From: Planctomycetota bacterium
Lineage (GTDB): Bacteria > Planctomycetota > SZUA-567 > H5-PLA8
Direction of reading: 5' to 3'
DNA: 64,000 nucleotides
Assembly (NCBI GenBank): GCA_038227875.1
Contig: JBBRPR010000009.1
Coordinates: 1 to 64,000, forward strand
Shown here one piece after another: positions 57,733 to 64,000 of this stretch (position 1 is the first letter of the stretch; every line of letters begins with the position of its first letter). Both the position numbers and the translations under genes were made by a program. The notes beneath the pieces were generated by a model, which saw only the letters and a list, made by a program, of their open reading frames with translations, was not told the DNA's origin and did not search any database.

Positions 57733-57799
57733 CCTGTGCGCCAGTGGCCTGCGTCTGCGAGTTGCGAAATGCGGCGCACCTCATAAAGTAGTGTTTCAC

Positions 57800-58678
57800 A
57801 TGAGCTTCAATGATTCTTCCGCGGGCGCGAAGATCCCCGCTGTTACGCTGCGCACCCCGGTTTCGCTGGAAGGCGTCGGCCTTCATTCCGGCAAGACCGT
57901 CAAGTTGACTGTGTTTCCTACCTTAATAGGAGCGCTGGAAAGCGGGATCGTCTTCGTCCGTACCGACCTTCCCGGCGCGCCGGAAATTCGCGTCACCGAC
58001 GTCGACCCCAAGGCGCCGCCCTTCCGCACCGCGCTGCGCAAGGGAGAGGCGGACGTGCACACTGTCGAACACCTGCTCTCCGCGCTCTCTGCATTGGGCG
58101 TCACGCACTGCCGCATCGAACTCGACGGCCCTGAAGTGCCCGGCATGGACGGAAGTGCGAAGAACTTCGTCGACGCCATCCGTGCCGCCGGAACCACGCA
58201 ATTGAAGACTGACAGTGTCGCGCCGTTGGTCATCGCATCGTCAGTGACCGTCGAAGAAGGCATCGCCAAACTCACCGCCACGCCGGTGCCAGGGCAGCGT
58301 AGTCTGACCATCGACTACACGCTCCATTATCCCGGCCATACCCTGGCGCAGGGGCAGTACCGCTTTGAAGTCAGCGCCGACGCGTTCGTCCGGGAGATCG
58401 CACCCGCGCGCACCTTTGCGATGAAGCCGGACGCCGAAGCGATGCGCGCGGCGGGACTCGGAAAAGGCGCGACGCTGCAGAACACTGTGATCATTGACGG
58501 CGACAAGCCCGTTGATACCACGCTGCGCTTCGACAACGAACCTGTCCGCCATAAAATCCTCGATCTGATTGGCGACCTCTACGTGCTCGGCCGTCCCGTT
58601 TACGGGCACATCGAAGCCCGCTGCTCGGGACATAAAACGAACCGCGAACTGGCGAAAAAACTGGCCGCAGCGCACTAA
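57800..58678 (+). CDS. lpxC: UDP-3-O-acyl-N-acetylglucosamine deacetylase
   Basis: GVGLHSG, TVEHLLSAL, EIAPARTF, RHKILDLIGDL, SGH. Confidence 0.95.
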   Translation: MSFNDSSAGAKIPAVTLRTPVSLEGVGLHSGKTVKLTVFPTLIGALESGIVFVRTDLPGAPEIRVTDVDPKAPPFRTALRKGEADVHTVEHLLSALSALGVTHCRIELDGPEVPGMDGSAKNFVDAIRAAGTTQLKTDSVAPLVIASSVTVEEGIAKLTATPVPGQRSLTIDYTLHYPGHTLAQGQYRFEVSADAFVREIAPARTFAMKPDAEAMRAAGLGKGATLQNTVIIDGDKPVDTTLRFDNEPVRHKILDLIGDLYVLGRPVYGHIEARCSGHKTNRELAKKLAAAH

Positions 58679-58708
58679 ACTGATCATCAAGGGAGTGGAG
58701 AAGCGCCG

Positions 58709-59164
58709 ATGATGGACGTCAATGAAATCAAAACGATTCTGCCGCACCGCTACCCGATGCTGATGGTCGACCGCATTGTCGAAATCGAACCCGGCAAGCG
58801 CATTGTCGGCATCAAGAACGTAACCAGTAATGAAGCGATTTTCGAAGGCCACTTCCCGGGCAAGCCCATTTTCCCCGGCGTGCTGATCCTGGAAGCGCTG
58901 GCGCAGGTCTCGTGTGTGCTGGTCCTGCGCGACCTGAACGTTCCGGGTTGCATTGCGCTTTTCACCGGCGCGGATAACGTGTCATTCCGCAAGATGGTGC
59001 TTCCCGGCGATCAACTGCGCCTTGAAGCCGAAGTCGAAAAGATCCGCGCGCCGTTTGGCCGGATGAAAGTGAAAGCGACAGTCGATGGCGCACTAGCCTG
59101 CGAGGCCGTCATAAAGTTCATGATCCAGATGCCGGGAAAGACGGACGAGAAGGCAGAAGGTTGA
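58709..59164 (+). CDS. fabZ: 3-hydroxyacyl-ACP dehydratase
   Basis: LPHRYPMLMVDR, GHFPGKPIFPGVLILEALAQ. Confidence 0.97.
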   Translation: MMDVNEIKTILPHRYPMLMVDRIVEIEPGKRIVGIKNVTSNEAIFEGHFPGKPIFPGVLILEALAQVSCVLVLRDLNVPGCIALFTGADNVSFRKMVLPGDQLRLEAEVEKIRAPFGRMKVKATVDGALACEAVIKFMIQMPGKTDEKAEG

Positions 59165-59226
59165 TGACAGTGAGCGGCATTCGCGTGAAGACACCTTACT
59201 TGGATTGGCACACAAACCTCTGAACC

Positions 59227-60087
59227 ATGCGAAACATTCATTCCACAGCGATCATCGATCCCAAGGCCAGGCTGGCTGACGACGTCAGCGTCGGACCGTA
59301 CAGCATCGTCGGACCGGATGTCGAACTGGGCAGCGGCTGCAACATCGAAAATCACGTCACGGTCACCGGCTGCACGACGCTGGGCAAAAACGTCCACGTC
59401 TTCCCCGGCGCCGTCGTCGGCGGCTCGCCGCAGGATCTGAAATACAAGGGCGAACGCACCACGCTGACCATCGGCGACAACACCGTCATCCGAGAATGCT
59501 GTACGCTCCACGTCGGCACGGAACTGGGCGGCGGCACGACGGAAGTCGGCGCCAACAATCTGATCATGGCCTACGTCCACATCGCTCACGACTGCCGCCT
59601 GAAGAACAACATCGTCATCGCCAACGCCGCGCAGCTGGCCGGGCATGTCCACGTCGAAGACGGCGCGCGCATTTCGGGTCTCGCCGCGATCCATCATTTC
59701 GTGCGCATCGGTTCGTGTTCGTTCGTCGCCGGCTGCGCGAAGCTCTCGATCGACGTGCCGCCGTTTACGCTGGCCGAAGGCCACCCCGCGCGCATCCGCG
59801 GACTGAACCGCGAAGGCCTCAAGCGCCGCGGGCTGACGCCGGAAGCGCAAGACGCGATCAAGGAAGCCTATCGGCTCTGCTACCGTGAAGAGATTTCGCA
59901 GGAGCAGGCGTTCGTTCGGATCGCGGAATCTGGCGGCGACAAGTTTGCTGAAGTGAAGTACTTCGTGGATTTCCTGAAGGCGACGGCGCGCGGCAAGCAC
60001 GGACGGGCACTGGAAGCCGACCGGGAAATCCTGCCGCCTGAAGAACGCGACGGCCGGCTGGCCCGCGGAACCGGTATCTCGGACTGA
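59227..60087 (+). CDS. lpxA: Acyl-ACP--UDP-N-acetylglucosamine O-acyltransferase
   Basis: Hexapeptide repeats, PQDLKYKGE, HIAHDC, LAGHV, GLNREGLKRRG. Confidence 0.95.
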   Translation: MRNIHSTAIIDPKARLADDVSVGPYSIVGPDVELGSGCNIENHVTVTGCTTLGKNVHVFPGAVVGGSPQDLKYKGERTTLTIGDNTVIRECCTLHVGTELGGGTTEVGANNLIMAYVHIAHDCRLKNNIVIANAAQLAGHVHVEDGARISGLAAIHHFVRIGSCSFVAGCAKLSIDVPPFTLAEGHPARIRGLNREGLKRRGLTPEAQDAIKEAYRLCYREEISQEQAFVRIAESGGDKFAEVKYFVDFLKATARGKHGRALEADREILPPEERDGRLARGTGISD

Positions 60088-60099
60088 GACTAACTACAG

Positions 60100-60846
60100 A
60101 TGACACCGACTTTCACCAGCCGCGCCGCGGCAGTGCTGATGTTTGTTTTCGCTGCCGCAGCTGCGTTTGCGGCAGAACCGCCGGCGAAAGAAAGCGCGGA
60201 ACCTGCGGCGGCCGCCGGAACTGCTCTGCCGCGTGTGCGCATGTCGACCTCGCACGGCGACATCGACATCGAACTCTACGAAGACGACGCGCCGAACACC
60301 GTCGCCAACTTCATCGAGCTTTGTGAAAAGCACTTCTTCGATGGCTTGAAGTTTCACGACGTGATCAACAACCGCTGGGTGCAGACCGGCGATCCGACGG
60401 GCACCGGCCGCGGCGGTCCCAGCTACAAGTTCGCGCACGAAGTCAACGCGGAGTCGCTGGGGCTGGATAAGATCATGGTCAAAGACTTCGTGGTCCGGTA
60501 TAAAATGACCCCTCCGGCGGGCACGGAGCAGTTGACGCTGAAAGAGTTGTATGAAAAGCAGGGCTTTCATTTCGTGTCGAACTTGAAAAGCCATCCGGTC
60601 GAAAAAGGTGCGGTGGCGATGGCGTACCGGACGCCCGATTCGAATGGTTCGCAGTTCTTTATCGCGCTTAACGATTGCCCGTGGCTGGACGGAAAACATA
60701 CAGTGTTCGGGCACGTGACCGGTGGTCTGGAAATTCTGAAATTGGTGCAGAAGGGCGACATCGTCGATAAGATTGAAATCATCAGTAAACGAGATCATCC
60801 CTATCATGTGAAAACTCTGGAAGGAAAGGTGGAGCCAGCCAAATGA
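60100..60846 (+). CDS. Exported cyclophilin-like protein with degenerate active site
   Basis: Signal peptide; [28 protein letters not shown] in place of FHRI. Confidence 0.88.
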   Translation: MTPTFTSRAAAVLMFVFAAAAAFAAEPPAKESAEPAAAAGTALPRVRMSTSHGDIDIELYEDDAPNTVANFIELCEKHFFDGLKFHDVINNRWVQTGDPTGTGRGGPSYKFAHEVNAESLGLDKIMVKDFVVRYKMTPPAGTEQLTLKELYEKQGFHFVSNLKSHPVEKGAVAMAYRTPDSNGSQFFIALNDCPWLDGKHTVFGHVTGGLEILKLVQKGDIVDKIEIISKRDHPYHVKTLEGKVEPAK

Positions 60847-61691
60847 AGAGTACTACGTCACTCAATGTCGTCTCCGGACGAGCCCTGTTCGCGCTCGTGA
60901 TTGGAGTGTTCCTGTTGTCGCTGACCGGCTGCGGTGAAGACGCGCAGAAGCCGTACTCGGGTCCGTCGACTGGACTGCCCTACACGCCCACGCCGCCGCC
61001 GCAGAACCCGACCGCGGTGATCAGCACCGATGCCGGCGACGTGACGCTGGAGCTCTTTGAAGACGACGCGCCGAACACGGTCGCCAACTTCATTACGCTT
61101 GCCGAAAAGGGCTTTTACAACGGCCTGACCTTCCACCGCATCATCAAGGGTTTCATGATTCAGGGCGGAGATCCGAAGGGCGACGGCACCGGCGGTCCCG
61201 GCTACAAGTTCGGCGACGAAATCGACGGCAATCCCAACGACTTCGATCACTACGCATTGGCGATGGCTAATTCCGGCGCCGATACGAACGGCTCCCAGTT
61301 CTTTATCGTCACCAACCCGAAGGGCACGCCGCATCTGCGCCGCAACCTGCGGGCTCAGCCGCCGGTCAATGGCCACACGATTTTTGGCAAGGTCACCAAG
61401 GGCCAGGACATTGTCGACAAGCTTGAGAATTCTCCGGTCGTCGGTGAGCGCCCGAATCCCGTCGTCAAAATCAACTCCGTCAAGATCACGCAGAAGCGCA
61501 AACACGAATACGAAGTGATCGGCAAGGTGATGGATCCCGTCCCGGTCACGCCGCCGCCGGCTCCGGGCGACAAAAAGCCGGACGACAAGAAGACGGACGA
61601 TAGGAAGGTGGACGACAAGAAGACCGACGCCAAGCCGGAAGTGAAACCCGACGCGAAGGCCGACGACAAGAAGCCCGCTGAGAAGAAGTAA
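60843..61691 (+). CDS. Cyclophilin-type PPIase lipoprotein
   Basis: Lipobox [24 protein letters not shown]-rich tail. Confidence 0.92.
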   Translation: MKSTTSLNVVSGRALFALVIGVFLLSLTGCGEDAQKPYSGPSTGLPYTPTPPPQNPTAVISTDAGDVTLELFEDDAPNTVANFITLAEKGFYNGLTFHRIIKGFMIQGGDPKGDGTGGPGYKFGDEIDGNPNDFDHYALAMANSGADTNGSQFFIVTNPKGTPHLRRNLRAQPPVNGHTIFGKVTKGQDIVDKLENSPVVGERPNPVVKINSVKITQKRKHEYEVIGKVMDPVPVTPPPAPGDKKPDDKKTDDRKVDDKKTDAKPEVKPDAKADDKKPAEKK

Positions 61692-61737
61692 CGCCGCGAC
61701 CCTGTGTCCTTACACGACACTAGATAAGGAGCCAAAC

Positions 61738-62250
61738 ATGGCTGAAGCAAATCCGGTAGTGACCATGAAGACGACGCTGGGCGAAGTGGAACTTGAGCTG
61801 TTTGAAGACGCCGCGCCGAACACGGTCGGGAATTTCGTCTCGCTGGCCGAGGCCGGTTTCTACAACGGCAAGACGTTTCATCGCATCATCAAGGACTTCA
61901 TGATTCAGGGTGGCTGTCCGAAGGGCACGGGCACGGGCGATCCGGGCTATCGTTTCGCCGATGAGTTCAAAGGGAATCCGCACTCCTGCGACCGCTACAC
62001 CATCTGCATGGCCAACGCGGGACCGAATACAAACGGTTCACAGTTCTTCATCGTGACCAAGACCGACGGCTGCGGCTGGCTCAATGGCAAGCACACCGTT
62101 TTCGGCAAGGTGACCAAGGGCCACGACGTGGTCGACAAGTTGGGCAATACCAAGACCGGTCCTGGCGATCGACCGAATCCGGAAATGAAGCTCGAAACCG
62201 TGACCGTGACGTCCAAGCGTGCTCATCCCTACACTGTCAAAAAGCTCTAA
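61738..62250 (+). CDS. Cytoplasmic cyclophilin-type PPIase
   Basis: [38 protein letters not shown]. Confidence 0.95.
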   Translation: MAEANPVVTMKTTLGEVELELFEDAAPNTVGNFVSLAEAGFYNGKTFHRIIKDFMIQGGCPKGTGTGDPGYRFADEFKGNPHSCDRYTICMANAGPNTNGSQFFIVTKTDGCGWLNGKHTVFGKVTKGHDVVDKLGNTKTGPGDRPNPEMKLETVTVTSKRAHPYTVKKL

Positions 62251-62326
62251 CCTGCTGGCACGCGGCACGGATTGAAAAATCCGCGCCGCGTGCTTTTGAT
62301 CCGACTCGCTGCGAAGTGGCTGCGCC

Positions 62327-62818
62327 ATGTTTGACACGAATGCCTACTTTCGGACGGAGATCGAAAACGTCGGCCGGCACTGGCGCGAGATCATCGACGC
62401 GCTGGATGCCCCGCTGGTGTTGCGCCGTCCAATACCCGAAATGAACCACGCCCTGTGGCTGACCGGCCACATGATCTGGGCGGAGGACTACCTGCTGTAC
62501 GAAGTGCCCACTGGAAATCACACCCGCCGCACCGAGTGGGACGGCTGGTTCGACCACACCAGCGAACGCCTGCCGGATGCCGTCTATCCGCCGTGGGCGG
62601 AAGTCCGCGCGGAATACTACCACGTCCACGAACACGCCGTGAAATTTCTCTCACATCAGACCGTCAACGCACTGACGCGCCCGTCGGCACTCAACCGCCA
62701 GTGGTTCCCGACTGCCAATCACAGCATTGCCCACCAGGTCACCCACGGTCACTACCACCTCGGCCAGCTCGTCTACCTGCAGAAACTCCTGAAAGCGCCG
62801 GTTCATGCCGACAAGTAA
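62327..62818 (+). CDS. DinB-family protein
   Basis: NHALWLTGH...HGHYHLGQL His motifs. Confidence 0.85.
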   Translation: MFDTNAYFRTEIENVGRHWREIIDALDAPLVLRRPIPEMNHALWLTGHMIWAEDYLLYEVPTGNHTRRTEWDGWFDHTSERLPDAVYPPWAEVRAEYYHVHEHAVKFLSHQTVNALTRPSALNRQWFPTANHSIAHQVTHGHYHLGQLVYLQKLLKAPVHADK

Positions 62819-63821
62819 TCAAATTCGCGTCGGTGTCGTAGGGCTCGGCCATCTCGGCAAGTTCCACGCGGAGAATTACGTCAAGCTGGCGAAGCAGAAG
62901 GACGCGCGCTTTACGCTCGTCGCGCTCTGCGACGCCACGCCTGCCGGCGAAGCCGTGGCCAAGGCCTGCAAGGTGCCGTTCTTCTCCGACTACCGGCAGC
63001 TGGAAGGCAAAGTCGACGCGGTCTCCGTCGTCGTGCCGACCACGTACCATCACGAAGTCGGCTGCTATTTTCTCGAACGCGGCGTCGCCTGCCTGATCGA
63101 AAAGCCGCTGGCCAAAACCGTCGCCGAAGCCGAGCAACTCGTCGCGCTGGCCAAGGCCAAGGACGCGATCCTGCAGGTCGGCCACGTGGAGCGTTTCAAC
63201 CCGATCGTCCGCGCCGCGTCGCAGTACTTCGGCAAGCCGCGCTTCATCGAAGCAACGCGAATTTCGCCGTACCCGTTCCGCTCAACCGACGTCAGCGTCA
63301 CGCTTGACCTGATGATCCACGACATCGACCTCGCGCTTTCCGTCACGCGCGAAGACCCGACCGAAATCCGCGCCGCCGGGACGCCGGTCTTTTCGAAGTC
63401 CGACGACATCGCCAACGCGCGCCTGGAATTCCCGACCTCCGTCGCCAACGTCAGCGCCAGCCGCGTCTCGCTGAAGAAAGAGCGCAAGTGGCGCATTTTC
63501 CAGGAGCACGGCTACCTCTCGCTTAACCTCCTCGAAAACGAAGGCGTCTTCATCGAGAAGTCTGAAGCCTTAAAGAACGGCGAGATCGATCCGTCGAAGC
63601 TCAGCCTGACGTCGATCGGCATCGCGGCGCTTACGTTTCAGCTCGAAAAGCTGGTCAAGCGCGTGGTGCTGAAAGGCGACAAGACTCCTGCGCTCGAAGC
63701 CGAACTTGCCGACTTCGTCGCCTGTGTCGTCGAACACCGCAAGCCGCTGGTCGATGGGTTCGAAGGCCTGCGCGCGCTCCGCGTTGCCGACCAAGTAATG
63801 TCCGTTATGAAAAAGCTGTGA
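62805..63821 (+). CDS. Gfo/Idh/MocA oxidoreductase (GnnA-like)
   Basis: VGLGHLGKFH, IEKPL, QVGHVERFNP, DLMIHDIDL, ASRVS. Confidence 0.88.
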   Translation: MPTSNQIRVGVVGLGHLGKFHAENYVKLAKQKDARFTLVALCDATPAGEAVAKACKVPFFSDYRQLEGKVDAVSVVVPTTYHHEVGCYFLERGVACLIEKPLAKTVAEAEQLVALAKAKDAILQVGHVERFNPIVRAASQYFGKPRFIEATRISPYPFRSTDVSVTLDLMIHDIDLALSVTREDPTEIRAAGTPVFSKSDDIANARLEFPTSVANVSASRVSLKKERKWRIFQEHGYLSLNLLENEGVFIEKSEALKNGEIDPSKLSLTSIGIAALTFQLEKLVKRVVLKGDKTPALEAELADFVACVVEHRKPLVDGFEGLRALRVADQVMSVMKKL

Positions 63822-63824
63822 TTC

Positions 63825-64000
63825 ATGAGATTGCTCCTGCACACCGCAACGACTCCCGCCGCGGACCTCGCGCTTGAGGAGGCGATTCATCTCGCGCTTG
63901 AAGACGATGCGGCGCCGGACACGTGGCGGCTCTGGCAGGCCCGCGTGCCGGCGGTGATTCTTGGCACGGGGCAGGAGTCCGCGCGCGAAGCGAATCTGGA
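63825..64000 (+). CDS. Lipoate-protein ligase A family protein, N-terminal fragment
   Basis: Own translation MRLLLHTATTPAADLALEEAI...WRLWQARVPAVILGTG, matching the NLALDEAL...RLW...VVLG pattern; runs off the window. Confidence 0.75.
   Translation, partial: MRLLLHTATTPAADLALEEAIHLALEDDAAPDTWRLWQARVPAVILGTGQESAREANL

Overview
High-GC bacterial chromosome segment, probably Planctomycetota/PVC (inferred from the ECF sigma + Ser/Thr kinase pair, prenyltransferase-repeat protein and pseudopilin cluster; not verified). In order: the left end of a probable IS1595 element; a sugar-acid locus (RpiR regulator, DapA-like aldolase-sialidase fusion, secreted beta-propeller); about 1.8 kb of repeat-rich non-coding DNA; two ECF sigma modules; desaturase, GH78 rhamnosidase, gatA, a minor pseudopilin operon, aroA, folK and an EF-G paralogue; an 11-kb four-gene GTPase/GAP1/GYF operon; and an lpxC-fabZ-lpxA cluster with three cyclophilins. 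Best novelty candidates: (1) a roughly 450-nt highly structured RNA (36880-37337), divergent from the EF-G paralogue, with a 14-nt perfect complement to the consensus 16S rRNA 3' end and an embedded 15-codon ORF; (2) the membrane-spanning GTPase operon (38346-49451) with a low-GC, apparently swapped exterior module and a transglutaminase-like effector; (3) a 12 x 10-bp phased array beside an AT-rich tract, and clusters of loopless palindromes flanking the pseudopilin operon. All calls come from reading the sequence by eye; no searches or folding programs were run.
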